Sequence record: MW584198.1
DNA from: Mycobacterium phage prophiGD43A-2
Strand: one strand, 5' to 3'
DNA length: 40,147 nucleotides
Shown here piece by piece: positions 7,748 to 17,300 of this stretch. Positions within the stretch are counted from its first letter, which is position 1. Each line of letters opens with the position of its first letter. Position numbers and translations under genes: made by a program. The notes under the pieces are model-generated. The model was not told the DNA's origin. It did not search any database and was given only the letters and a program-made list of their open reading frames with translations.

Positions 7748-8146
7748 ATGACCACCAATACCGACCCCGACGCCGGGCTTGGACTATACGGCAAGTACCA
7801 CGTCGAAAAGACCAACGGCAAGCCAGTCGGTGAGTGCTTCGTACTGGAGGCCCACGACCGCCACGCAATCGCAGCAGTGCGCGCCTATGCGGACTCCTGC
7901 GCCAAGGATTACCCCAGCCTTGCAACTGATCTCGTGACAATGGCCGGACGGTGGGAAGACGAACAGGGCCGACCCCGAATCGAACCGCCCCAGTGCAGCG
8001 AGTGCGGCCGCAGCCGCACATTGCGAGATGCATACGACTATAACCCGATTCAGGTCGTCACCGGTCAGCGCCTCGGCTGGTATTCCGCCGACGACGCCGA
8101 GATGTGCCCCGAATGCATGGCCCGACTACTGGGCAGGGCTAACTGA
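7748..8146 (+). CDS. Hypothetical protein with a C-terminal CxxC...CxxC zinc ribbon
   Basis: GGGAGAG RBS. 132 aa with CSECGRS...CPECMARL. Confidence 0.55.
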   Translation: MTTNTDPDAGLGLYGKYHVEKTNGKPVGECFVLEAHDRHAIAAVRAYADSCAKDYPSLATDLVTMAGRWEDEQGRPRIEPPQCSECGRSRTLRDAYDYNPIQVVTGQRLGWYSADDAEMCPECMARLLGRAN

Positions 8147-8523
8147 TGAGCGCGCGAGCGAGCTGGCTTCGCTTCGCCGTGACACGCGCCGCATTGGGCG
8201 ATCGGGTCGTGTACGTCTGCGCGGGGCACGATTCCACGCGCGATGCCTTTCTGTTCGCCGAAAAGCTCGCCAAACGACATTTCGCCCAATGGGTAGAGCG
8301 GATCTACTGCGCCCGAGGGGAACAACAGATTCGGTTCACCTCCGGCGGCGTGGTCATGTTCTCAAACCCGCAGTGTCACAGCTATCGGGGCATGTCCTCG
8401 GATGTGCTCATTCTGGAATATGGTGCCGAGACGACAGGAACGGCTACCAGCCTGCTCGGCGCCAAGGCTGTACACCGCACTATTGAAAACTGTCCCGAAA
8501 CCATAAGCGAGGCAAAGGAATGA
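8146..8523 (+). CDS. Hypothetical protein
   Basis: TGATG coupling. 125 aa. Confidence 0.5.
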   Translation: MSARASWLRFAVTRAALGDRVVYVCAGHDSTRDAFLFAEKLAKRHFAQWVERIYCARGEQQIRFTSGGVVMFSNPQCHSYRGMSSDVLILEYGAETTGTATSLLGAKAVHRTIENCPETISEAKE

Positions 8524-8795
8524 GTAGCGCAACCCCCGCCGCGCTTCACTGGGTCGCCCCCGGATCGGCCCGGCAAGTTCAGGAGGCGCAGTATCAAGGC
8601 GGTAGATACCAGATCTACCCATGGAAGGGCGGGTGGACATTCAACCGCGATGACCATCCCCTGTTGCCGAAGTTCGACGGGGTGGTGGACACCGAATGTG
8701 AAGCAAAACTGCTGTGCCAGAATGACTATCAGAAAGTCGCACGACTCATAGCCTGGGTTGAGTACATCCTGAACAATGACCCGCCGTTGCCCTGA
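8520..8795 (+). CDS. Hypothetical protein
   Basis: ATGA overlap. 91 aa. Confidence 0.5.
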   Translation: MSSATPAALHWVAPGSARQVQEAQYQGGRYQIYPWKGGWTFNRDDHPLLPKFDGVVDTECEAKLLCQNDYQKVARLIAWVEYILNNDPPLP

Positions 8796-8958
8796 ATTGC
8801 GCACGCTACCCTGATAGCTGGTTCTGTAGCTCAAGAGGTGAGAGCAGGTGAACAAGTCCCCGGTGGAAACGTACGACACAAGTTCCGGGTGGAAACCAAG
8901 ATGCGGGATCATGGCCCGCCAGAACCCCTATGTCGGACCCTGGGAGTAGAACCGGCCA

Positions 8959-9369
8959 ATGGACGCACGCAAGGTCATCCGCGAGGTCATCGAGAGCATC
9001 CCGAACCTGTTCGGCGTAACCCGGAAGAAGACTATCGGCGCCGAGGGTGCGACCGAGACCATCGTCTACACGCAGGACCAAGTCGCTGACTTGATCGCCT
9101 CGATACTGCCCGACAGCCTAAAGGCGAAGGGCCACATGGTGATCGGGCCTCTGCCCGGTATCGAGTCGGTGCCTGACCAGCCTCGGCGGCGGTACGTTCG
9201 TGTGCCAATCACCTCGCAGCCGTGGTCTGACGGGGCGGTGCGTATCAGTCCGCACGGTGACGAGGTGGTCATTCGCAATCTGCCCGACCGGCTGCACATG
9301 CAGGACGTGCCCGCGCTGGCCGCTGCGCTCATGGCCGCCCACTCGACATGGCGACCGACGCGCCGATAG
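8959..9369 (+). CDS. Hypothetical protein
   Basis: GGGAG RBS. 136 aa. Confidence 0.5.
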   Translation: MDARKVIREVIESIPNLFGVTRKKTIGAEGATETIVYTQDQVADLIASILPDSLKAKGHMVIGPLPGIESVPDQPRRRYVRVPITSQPWSDGAVRISPHGDEVVIRNLPDRLHMQDVPALAAALMAAHSTWRPTRR

Positions 9370-9483
9370 GCCCGTGGGCAACCTGCATGTTTGACGGAAA
9401 ACACGCCGCCCCGAACCGGGCTGCGCGGAAATGTCCATTCTGACCTGCTACTATTCCGTTTCGAGTCGCCACCCCCATGCCCG

Positions 9484-9515
9484 AACCCCTTCGGACCTGG
9501 GGGTTTGTTCATTTC
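9484..9515 (+). terminator. Rho-independent terminator-like hairpin (AACCCC-loop-GGGGTT followed by TTTGTTCATTT) at the early/late boundary
   Basis: A 6-bp GC-rich stem with a T-rich tail lies in the 170-bp gap before the HNH/terminase operon. Confidence 0.4.
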
Positions 9516-9538
9516 CAGCTAACGTCAGTGGAGGTGAG

Positions 9539-9853
9539 ATGACGACCGTTCAACGCAACACCACCACCCGCGACAAGCACCGGCGCATCATCAGACTCGG
9601 GCTGGCGCCAAGCCCGTTCGGGCGAAACCCGGCCTGCTATCACTGCGGCGAGGACATCGACTACGACGCCCACCACCTCGACCCGCGCAGCTTCACCATC
9701 GATCACCTCAAGGCGCTGGCCAAAGGCGGAACCGACACCCTCGACAACATCGTGCCCGCGCACCGTGGATGCAACCGCAACAAGTCCGACAAAGACCTTG
9801 ACGAGCTGCTGCCCGGTGGCGTCACGTTCGTGACCGAACGCTGCTGGTGGTAG
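9539..9853 (+). CDS. HNH endonuclease
   Basis: GGAGGTGAG RBS. CYHCGEDIDYD...FTIDHLKALAKGGTDTLDNIVPAHRGCNRNK is a His-Asn-His motif. Its position directly upstream of TerS/TerL is the usual one for cos phages. Confidence 0.8.
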   Translation: MTTVQRNTTTRDKHRRIIRLGLAPSPFGRNPACYHCGEDIDYDAHHLDPRSFTIDHLKALAKGGTDTLDNIVPAHRGCNRNKSDKDLDELLPGGVTFVTERCWW

Positions 9854-9857
9854 GGCG

Positions 9858-10127
9858 ATGGACGAACGACGCGCCGCCGCATATCAGAGGCTCGACGAAG
9901 TGGTCCGCGACCTGACCGCGATCACCGAAGACGAAAGCGACGACGGCCAGCCCCGATACACGGCCACCGATTACGTGCTCATCGTTGGTGCGCAGACAAT
10001 CGACAACGACGGCGATCGCGTCGGATACGTCACCGTCTATCCGCAGGGCGGTTCGCAACCGTCGTACATCACCACAGGTCTTGTGGCTCAGGCCCAAGGT
10101 TTTCTCGCGGCCTCGCCCGCTGACTGA
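9858..10127 (+). CDS. Hypothetical acidic protein
   Basis: 89-aa ORF after HNH. Confidence 0.45.
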   Translation: MDERRAAAYQRLDEVVRDLTAITEDESDDGQPRYTATDYVLIVGAQTIDNDGDRVGYVTVYPQGGSQPSYITTGLVAQAQGFLAASPAD

Positions 10128-10352
10128 TCGAAAGCTGGACCGACCCCCTGGGGGACTGGACCCGAGGGGGTCGGCGCCCGCCCCTCATGGCTTAGGCGAC
10201 CGCCCCCCCCTGGCTGATTTTGTTTCGGGGTCGTTGGCCCCTGTGAAATCTCGTTTTTTGTTGACCACTAGGGCGATTCGCCGAGGGTGAAACCGGCTGA
10301 CCCGTATTTCGCTTCGGCACAGGCGATCTGAGAGCCCGAAAAGGAGGCCGTC
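10128..10352. other. Non-coding GC-rich region with an inverted repeat (CCGACCCCC...GGGGGTCGG), a C8 homopolymer and a T-run. Candidate cos/packaging site and late promoter
   Basis: 225 bp without an ORF immediately upstream of TerS. Arms at 10140..10148 and 10166..10174. Poly-C at 10203..10210. Confidence 0.4.
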
Positions 10353-10781
10353 ATGCAACTTACGCCCGTCGATTCCGCATCAGGCGGCGCACCGCTGCCT
10401 GCTGGACTGACCGAGGATGGTTCAGGCCAATCGCTGTGGCGTTCCATCGTGGACGACTACACGCTACGGCCCGATGAGCTGCGGTTGCTGGCCGATGCGT
10501 GCGAGCTGGCTGACCGTATCGACTACCGCAAGCGGCGGGCCGACGAGCTGCACCGCGAGGTGGGCGAGAACCTGCTTATCCGTGGTTCGACTCGCCAGCT
10601 TGTCAGGAACCCGCTGATTGATGAGGCCCGCCAGGAGTTGGCCGAGCAGCGCAAGGATCGTATCGCGCTCAACGATCTACTGGCCCGGCTCAAGCTGCCT
10701 GATCTGGACCCCGACCGCGACGGCGACGACCAGGGCCGTGACGGCGCCAGCTCCGGTGCGAAGCGATCGGCCTCGGCGTAA
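10353..10781 (+). CDS. Terminase small subunit (P27-family-like)
   Basis: Strong AAAGGAGG RBS. 142 aa. The segment RGSTRQLVRNPLIDEARQELAEQRKDRIALNDLLARLKL resembles P27-family TerS. Its position between HNH and TerL supports this. Confidence 0.6.
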   Translation: MQLTPVDSASGGAPLPAGLTEDGSGQSLWRSIVDDYTLRPDELRLLADACELADRIDYRKRRADELHREVGENLLIRGSTRQLVRNPLIDEARQELAEQRKDRIALNDLLARLKLPDLDPDRDGDDQGRDGASSGAKRSASA

Positions 10782-11176
10782 TGGCGAGGCGGCGCCACTC
10801 ACGTCGCCCGTCCGGGGCGAGTCATATCCGCGTGGTCAGTGACGACGAGCGCGCACCCGCCCCGGCGCACAACGACCCCGAGCTGTCCCCGAGCGATGGC
10901 GCGGCGCAATTGCCCGAGGCCGCGACGGCGCCTGCTGACGGTCAGATGTCGCTGGCCGATGCGGTCGCCGGTGGCGACTATCAGCAGATTTTGCAGGCCC
11001 AGGCGCGGGACATCATTCGGGACCTGGCGGCGGCGACCGGGGCGTCTAAGGCCGCGCTACACGGGCGTTTGATGACCATCTCCAAGGAAATTGAGAGCCT
11101 GAAAGCGGCGCCGGGCGGCGAAAAGTCCGTAGTGGCAACCACCGACGATGAGCCCTGGGACAGCACGGCTCTCTGA
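10781..11176 (+). CDS. Hypothetical Ala/Pro-rich protein
   Basis: TAATG coupling. 131 aa of low complexity. It overlaps the predicted TerL start. Confidence 0.4.
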   Translation: MARRRHSRRPSGASHIRVVSDDERAPAPAHNDPELSPSDGAAQLPEAATAPADGQMSLADAVAGGDYQQILQAQARDIIRDLAAATGASKAALHGRLMTISKEIESLKAAPGGEKSVVATTDDEPWDSTAL

Positions 11177-12602
11177 GGTCGCACGGCACGTCATCGCCCC
11201 GGCCGGGATTGTTTCGACCGGCTGGCCAGCGGTGCGCGACACCTGCAACCGCCTCGGTTGGGAGTTCGACGGCTGGCAGGACGGCGCGGGCCGCCTAATC
11301 CTCGGTAAGCGGGCCGATGGCCTGTACGCCGCCGACACGATCGTGTTGTCCATCCCGCGCCAGGTCGGCAAAACCTACCTGGTGGCGTGCATCATCTTCG
11401 CGCTATGCCTGATTCACCCCGGCTTGACGGTGATCTGGACAGCGCACCGAAAGACCACTGCCGCAGAGACTTTCGAATCGTTCGCCGGGATGGCGGCACG
11501 CCCCAAGGTCGATCCACACATTGAAGCGGTCCATCGCGCGCGCGGCGATGAGAAGATCATGTTCACCAACGGGTCACGAATCCTGTTCGGCGCCCGTGAA
11601 TCTGGCTTCGGTCGCGGATTCTCCGACGTGGACATTCTCGTGTTCGATGAGGCGCAGATCATGACCGAGGGCACCCTCGAAGACATGGCCGCAGCGCAGA
11701 ACGTGGCTGAGAACCCGCTGACGTTCATGATGGGCACACCGCCGAGGCCTAAAGACCCCGGCGAAGTGTTCACCATGCACCGCCAAGAAGCGCTCGACAC
11801 GCTCACCGACGAGACCGCCCGCCAGACCAACGAAACGGCGCTCATCGAAATGTCCGCCGATCGAGGGTGTAACCCGATGGATCGGGCGCAGTGGGCCAAG
11901 GCGAATGCCTCGTTCCCGCATCGCACTTCCGAGCGCGCCATGTTGCGTCTGCGTAAGAAACTCAAGTCGTTGGAGTCCTGGTGCCGTGAGGCCCTGGGCA
12001 TCTGGGATGAGGTCTCGGTACATCAGCCCGTGGTCACGCGCGAGGTGTGGGGCGAGCTGATCGACGTAGGCCCCGGCCACCGGGTTGCCCCGGACGGTAT
12101 CGGTGTCGATATGTCCCACGGGCTACAAATCTCGGTCAACGCCTGCTGGATCGAAGATGAATCGGCACATATCGAAGAGATTTGGGCCGGAACCGATGTG
12201 GCAGCGGCGACCGCCTGGACCGCCAAGGCCGCGGGCCGACGAATCGAGGTCGTGATCGATGACCTGTCGCCAGCGGCGCAGATGATCCCCGGCCTAAAGG
12301 CCCTCGGGGTCAACGTCCGCCGATCCACGGCCCGAGATATGACCAAAGGCTGCGGGCTGATAGCGAGCCGCATCAAGGCCCACACGCTCACCCACAGTGG
12401 CCAAAAGACTGTCACCTCAGCCATTCTCAACGCTATCCGCCGAAAGATTGGTGATGCCGGTGGCTGGGGCTGGGATCGGCGCGACTCAACGGTGGTCATC
12501 CACCCGGTCGTGGCCGCAACCCTGGCGCTGCTGGCCGCGACAACCAAACGTAAACCCCCATCGGGCGACAGCTCGCGAGGACGAGAGGCGGTGGTGCTGT
12601 GA
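11148..12602 (+). CDS. Terminase large subunit
   Basis: 484 aa with a Walker A-like PRQVGKT and a Walker B-like DILVFDEAQ. The C-terminal nuclease region is conserved. Confidence 0.9.
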   Translation: MSPGTARLSEVARHVIAPAGIVSTGWPAVRDTCNRLGWEFDGWQDGAGRLILGKRADGLYAADTIVLSIPRQVGKTYLVACIIFALCLIHPGLTVIWTAHRKTTAAETFESFAGMAARPKVDPHIEAVHRARGDEKIMFTNGSRILFGARESGFGRGFSDVDILVFDEAQIMTEGTLEDMAAAQNVAENPLTFMMGTPPRPKDPGEVFTMHRQEALDTLTDETARQTNETALIEMSADRGCNPMDRAQWAKANASFPHRTSERAMLRLRKKLKSLESWCREALGIWDEVSVHQPVVTREVWGELIDVGPGHRVAPDGIGVDMSHGLQISVNACWIEDESAHIEEIWAGTDVAAATAWTAKAAGRRIEVVIDDLSPAAQMIPGLKALGVNVRRSTARDMTKGCGLIASRIKAHTLTHSGQKTVTSAILNAIRRKIGDAGGWGWDRRDSTVVIHPVVAATLALLAATTKRKPPSGDSSRGREAVVL

Positions 12603-14068
12603 AGGTTTCAAAGATCACCCTTCCGGACTTCACGAACGATGAAAATGCCTTGCTGAACGGCCTTTTACAGCAGCTGGCGGATCGCCAGCCGAACAACTAT
12701 CTGCGCGCCTCCTACTACGACGGCAGGCACGCGGCCAAGGCCGTGGGTGAGGTGATCCCGCGCCAGTACTACAAACTGGGGCTAGTGCTCGGATGGTCCG
12801 GCAAGGCCGTGGACGTACTGGCGCGACGCTGCAACCTCGACGGCTTTGTCTGGCCTGGGAAAGATCTCGACTCATTGGGATACCAAGAGGTTTGGGACGA
12901 CAACTTTTTCGGCGCAGAATCCAGCAGCGCCACAATCTCCTCACTGATCCATGGCCCCGCGTTCCTGATCAATACCGAGGGCGGCGACGGTGAACCCAAG
13001 TCGCTGATCCACGTCAAGGACGCGCTTAACGCCTCCGGTGATTGGAACTCGCGCACCCGGCGCCTGGACAACCTGCTGTCAATCATTGCGTGGGACGAGG
13101 ATTCACAGCCCCGAGAACTCGCGCTTTACCTGAGAAACCGAACGGCAGTGGCCAGGAAAGACGGGCGGCGCTGGGAAGTTCAGTGGAACGAACACACCCT
13201 CGGTGTGCCCGCCGAGGCCCTGGTCTACAAGCCACGGGTGGGGCGACCGTTCGGGTCCTCGCGCATCTCGCGTCCGGTGCGCTCGATTCACGACCGCGCG
13301 TTGCGCGAGCTGATTCGTATGGAGGGGCACGCGGACATTTTCAGCTATCCCGAGCTGTGGATGCTCGGCGCCGACACGTCTATATTCAAGAACCCGGACG
13401 GCTCCCTGAAGCCCTCCTGGAAGGTAATGCTGGGGCGTATCAAGGGAATCCCGGACGACGATAAAGCCGACCCCAAGAACGCCCGCGCCGACATCAAGCA
13501 GTTTCAGGCCGCGAGTCCACAGCCGCACATCGACCTCTTGGAGCAGTGCGCCAACGAATTTGCGGGCGAAACTGACCTGCCCGTCTCGGCGCTCGGGGTG
13601 CAGGCCAAGACCAACACCACGACCGCTGACGGCTCCGACAACGCCGAAAAGCAGCTGATTGCCGAGGCCGAAGGCGCTACCGATGATTGGTCACCGGCTT
13701 TTCGCCGGTCCATGATGCGCGCGTTGGCCATCAAGAACAACGAGAATCAGATTCCCGCCGCCTGGCGCTCGATCGATACCAAATGGCGTAACCCTGCCTA
13801 CATTTCGCGTTCGGCGCAGGCCGATGCCGGTCTCAAACAGCTCTCGGCCATTCCGTGGCTTGCTGAGACCGAGGTCGGCCTGGAACTGCTGGGACTTTCG
13901 AGGCAGGACATCGACCGCGCCCTGGCTGAGCGGGACCGCGCCCAGCGCGCCCGCCAGATCGCCTCACTGGTGGACAAGCTCACCGGCGCCCCGATCCCCG
14001 ATCCGGCGCCGGGCACCGCCGAGCAGGCCGCACAGCAGGCGATCGGCAATGGTTCACGCGGTCTCTGA
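12599..14068 (+). CDS. Portal protein
   Basis: 489 aa. GTGA overlap with the TerL stop. The size and position are canonical. Confidence 0.85.
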   Translation: MKVSKITLPDFTNDENALLNGLLQQLADRQPNNYLRASYYDGRHAAKAVGEVIPRQYYKLGLVLGWSGKAVDVLARRCNLDGFVWPGKDLDSLGYQEVWDDNFFGAESSSATISSLIHGPAFLINTEGGDGEPKSLIHVKDALNASGDWNSRTRRLDNLLSIIAWDEDSQPRELALYLRNRTAVARKDGRRWEVQWNEHTLGVPAEALVYKPRVGRPFGSSRISRPVRSIHDRALRELIRMEGHADIFSYPELWMLGADTSIFKNPDGSLKPSWKVMLGRIKGIPDDDKADPKNARADIKQFQAASPQPHIDLLEQCANEFAGETDLPVSALGVQAKTNTTTADGSDNAEKQLIAEAEGATDDWSPAFRRSMMRALAIKNNENQIPAAWRSIDTKWRNPAYISRSAQADAGLKQLSAIPWLAETEVGLELLGLSRQDIDRALAERDRAQRARQIASLVDKLTGAPIPDPAPGTAEQAAQQAIGNGSRGL

Positions 14069-14921
14069 GTTCCAAGGGCTACTCGCGGCCCTGGGCGCCG
14101 AGCAGGCCGCCCAGCTTGCGCGGCTGCTGGCGCGCACCGACCGGCTCGACCAAGGCGAGCTGTTGGCATTCATCACCGACGCCTACCCCGAGGCCATCGC
14201 CCCGTTTCTGAGTGCCGCCGCCCTGTTGACTGCTCAGTGGTACGACGAACAGCCGACCAGCTCGACCTACACCGCCGCGCCCGCAGAACTCACCCCCGCC
14301 GCACAGCTGGCCGTCTCTGGGCGCTGGGCCATGCTGCAAACCGCCCCATTGGACGCCCTGACCGGCAGCGCCGCCCGCGCACTGTTCAACGCCTCACGAG
14401 AGACCGTGCTCACCAACGTGATGGCAGAGCCCGGCGCACGGTGGGCACGGCACGCCTCGGCCAACGCCTGCTCGTTTTGCCGGCTCATGGCCACCAGGGG
14501 CGCCGTCTACACCTCGGAAGCCTCGGCCACCAAGGTCACTGGGCGCGGCGCGAACCTGGAACGCTCCGACCGGCGCGCGATCGCGGCCGGACAGATGAGC
14601 AGAGACGAAGCCCTACAACGCCGCTCGGTGTACCGCTCCCAGCGTCTCGCGGCCAAAGCTGGCAAGAACGTCGGAGACAGCCGTATTGGCGCACAGCGCG
14701 GCACCCGCGCCCTGGGCGAGAGATACCACGACCGCTGCCACTGCATCGCGGTCATGGTGCGCCCCGGCAACACCTACCAGCCACCGCCCTACGTCGAGCA
14801 ATGGGAACGCGACTACCTCGACGCGGTGGAGGCCACCCGCACAGCCGGGCAGACCAAAGGCAAGTACGGCGCCATCGACCTGACCGCCGTCATACGCCAC
14901 ATGGACCACGCCCACCACTAA
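14049..14921 (+). CDS. Head morphogenesis / MuF-like minor capsid protein
   Basis: 290 aa following the portal. The ACSFCRLMATRGAVYT motif is like the SPP1 gp7/Mu F C-terminal domain. Confidence 0.55.
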   Translation: MVHAVSEFQGLLAALGAEQAAQLARLLARTDRLDQGELLAFITDAYPEAIAPFLSAAALLTAQWYDEQPTSSTYTAAPAELTPAAQLAVSGRWAMLQTAPLDALTGSAARALFNASRETVLTNVMAEPGARWARHASANACSFCRLMATRGAVYTSEASATKVTGRGANLERSDRRAIAAGQMSRDEALQRRSVYRSQRLAAKAGKNVGDSRIGAQRGTRALGERYHDRCHCIAVMVRPGNTYQPPPYVEQWERDYLDAVEATRTAGQTKGKYGAIDLTAVIRHMDHAHH

Positions 14922-14995
14922 CCGGCGCCCACCCGCGCCCCGCAAGCCCCCTTGGCCGAAACGGCCGAGGACGACCCGAAATGGGAGACAACCGC

Positions 14996-15565
14996 ATGTC
15001 CGAAAACACCACCCTGCCCGTACACCCGATCACCGGACTACAGGCCATTGGATTCACCCGACGCGGCCCCGTGTGGCCGGTCGTGGGCGCCTCTGAGCCG
15101 CCTGCTGGGGGAACCGAAACGGAACCCAAAAGCGAGCAGGACACCGACAAGCTGCCCGATGACCATCCGCTTGTAAAGACGCTGGCAGCCAACAAGATCG
15201 AAATCAAGGAACTCAAGGCCAAGGCTGCGCGCCTCGACGAAATCGAAGAGGCGCAAAAGACCCAGGCGCAAAAGGATGCCGACCGCATCACTAAGGCCGA
15301 GGCCGAGGCCGCAACGGTCCCGTCTCGGGTGGCCAATGCACTTAAAGAGCACCTGGTCACTCTCCACAAGATCGATGCCGAAGACGCCGAACTATTTCTG
15401 ACCGGCGACAACCCCGAGCTACTGCTCAAGCAGGTGGCCCGGTTCCTTGAACAAACGGACAAGAAGAGCAAATCAAACCGTGTGCCCAGCGAGGGCACCA
15501 ACGGCCGCGTAAAGCCCAGCAGCATGCAGGAGTTCCTGGGCGAAATAAACGGCCAATCTAACTGA
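14996..15565 (+). CDS. Scaffolding protein
   Basis: 189-aa charged coiled-coil protein (KIEIKELKAKAARLDEIEEAQKTQAQKDADRITKAEAEAA) directly upstream of the capsid gene. GGGAGA RBS. An in-frame ATG at 14981 is the alternative start. Confidence 0.8.
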   Translation: MSENTTLPVHPITGLQAIGFTRRGPVWPVVGASEPPAGGTETEPKSEQDTDKLPDDHPLVKTLAANKIEIKELKAKAARLDEIEEAQKTQAQKDADRITKAEAEAATVPSRVANALKEHLVTLHKIDAEDAELFLTGDNPELLLKQVARFLEQTDKKSKSNRVPSEGTNGRVKPSSMQEFLGEINGQSN

Positions 15566-15584
15566 CAACAAAGGAGATTACGCA

Positions 15585-16493
15585 ATGACCGTACAGAGTA
15601 CTGACCTACTTTTGCCGACCCAGATTGCCGATGGCATCGTGGAGAAGGCAAAGACCGGTTCCACGATCGCCGCGCTCTCGGCCCAGGAGCCCATGCGGTT
15701 CGGCAAGGTCGAAATCATCACCTTCAACGACGACCTGACCGCCGAATTTGTGGAGGAAACGGGCGCCAAGGGCTCTGATGAGGCCAAGCCCGAAGCCGTG
15801 AAGGCCGTTCCGCATAAGGCGGTCGTGCAGATGCGAACTTCGGATGAGTTCAAGATCGCCGACGAGGACTACCAGCTCAAGATCCTGGGCGAGTACGAGG
15901 TCAAGTGCGCACGGGCGCTAGCGCGAGCATTGGACCTGGGCCTGTACTACCGGATCAACCCGCGCACCGGCAACACCTTGCCCGCATGGACCAACTACCT
16001 GAACTCCACCACTAAGCGTGTGGAGATCACCGCCACCTCCGAGCCCGATCTAGATTTCGAGGCCGCTGCCGGTCTGGTCATCGGTGACGGCTACAGCGTC
16101 AACGGGGTTGCGTTCGATCCCAAGTACGCGTGGACCCTGTCTACGGCGCGCTACAAGGACGGTCGCAAGAAATACCCCGAACTCGGTCTGGGCGAGGGTA
16201 TTTCGTCGTTCGATGGCCTGCCCGCGGCGGTGTCGTCCACCGTCTCAGGCAAGGCCAAGGACGGCGATGCCACCGATAACAAGGTGCGCGCCATCCTCGG
16301 CAACTTCCGTAGCGGTGTCCGCTGGGGTGTCCAGCGTGAATTCCCCTTCAAGATCCTCGAATACGGCGACCCGGACAACACCGGCCGCGACCTGGCGGGC
16401 CACAACGAAATCCTGCTGCGCACGGAAATCATCTACGGCTGGTACGTATTCGCTGACGAGTTCGCTGTCATTGAAGATGCGGTGACCCCGTAA
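15585..16493 (+). CDS. Major capsid protein (HK97 fold)
   Basis: 302 aa with an AAAGGAG RBS. Its position after the scaffold and its size are typical. Confidence 0.85.
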   Translation: MTVQSTDLLLPTQIADGIVEKAKTGSTIAALSAQEPMRFGKVEIITFNDDLTAEFVEETGAKGSDEAKPEAVKAVPHKAVVQMRTSDEFKIADEDYQLKILGEYEVKCARALARALDLGLYYRINPRTGNTLPAWTNYLNSTTKRVEITATSEPDLDFEAAAGLVIGDGYSVNGVAFDPKYAWTLSTARYKDGRKKYPELGLGEGISSFDGLPAAVSSTVSGKAKDGDATDNKVRAILGNFRSGVRWGVQREFPFKILEYGDPDNTGRDLAGHNEILLRTEIIYGWYVFADEFAVIEDAVTP

Positions 16494-16831
16494 TGCCGAG
16501 GTTCCGCAACACGGTGAGCGGGTCCGTCGTCAACATTGACGACGGGCTCGCTACCCGCCTCGCCATCACCGAGAACCCGGCCTGGGAGCCCCTGGACGAA
16601 CACGCCCGCCCGGTAGTGGTGGCACCGGACATAACGGGTGCCGAGACGGCCTCCTTGATCGACCTTGACCTGGTGGTGTCCTCGGAGACGTTTGCCGCCC
16701 TCGTCCCCGACAACACCGTGGGCGCGCCCCCCGAGCCCAAGGCGCCAGCCAAGGGCAAGCCTGCGCGCAAGCCATCACCTACCGATCCCGAGGGAGTCAA
16801 GGATGCCAGCGGTACAGATCACGACCTCTGA
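16493..16831 (+). CDS. Hypothetical head-associated protein
   Basis: TAATG coupling to the capsid gene. 112 aa. Confidence 0.5.
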   Translation: MPRFRNTVSGSVVNIDDGLATRLAITENPAWEPLDEHARPVVVAPDITGAETASLIDLDLVVSSETFAALVPDNTVGAPPEPKAPAKGKPARKPSPTDPEGVKDASGTDHDL

Positions 16832-17300
16832 TCTGGCGCCGTTCGCCACCATCCCCGAGGTGAAAGCAACGGCGATGATTGCCGACGCGATGGCCATGGC
16901 CCTGCTGGTAGCGCCGTGTCTGGATGACCCGCAGCTGACCAACAAGAAAGCCGCAGCGGCCAAGGCGATCATTCGGGGTGCGATCCTGCGCTGGCATGAG
17001 GCCGGGTCGGGGGCTCTGTCACAAAAGCAGCAGAGCGCCGGGCCGTTCGCTCAGTCCGAAACCTACGACACCCGCCAGATACGGCGGGCGATGTACTGGC
17101 CCAGCGAAATTGAACAGCTGCAATCGATTTGCCGTGCCGACGATGACGCCTCGGGCGGTGCCTGGGGGTACGACGTGCTCGGCGCGTGCGGGCCGTCGCA
17201 CTCCCCGGTGTGCACGCTGAACATGGGCGGCACCTACTGCTCATGCGGGGCCAATCTGACCCACAACGAGCCGCTATGGGAGGCCACCAGCGATGACTAG
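16803..17300 (+). CDS. Head-to-tail connector/adaptor
   Basis: GAGGGAG RBS. 165 aa. Position in the head-tail joining block. Confidence 0.55.
   Translation: MPAVQITTSDLAPFATIPEVKATAMIADAMAMALLVAPCLDDPQLTNKKAAAAKAIIRGAILRWHEAGSGALSQKQQSAGPFAQSETYDTRQIRRAMYWPSEIEQLQSICRADDDASGGAWGYDVLGACGPSHSPVCTLNMGGTYCSCGANLTHNEPLWEATSDD

Noticed and set aside
7965-7990. GGTTCGATTCGGGG T-loop-like motif on the minus strand, a possible tRNA
   Set aside because: Flanking bases cannot form a T-stem or acceptor stem. It lies inside a coding sequence (RPRIEPPQ). It is a chance motif.
14237-14995. Arg-rich 250-aa N-terminal extension of the scaffold ORF in the track (14237..15565)
   Set aside because: The extension overlaps the MuF-like gene in another frame and is an Arg/Pro-rich GC artefact. 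The real scaffold starts at the RBS-preceded ATG 14996, or 14981.
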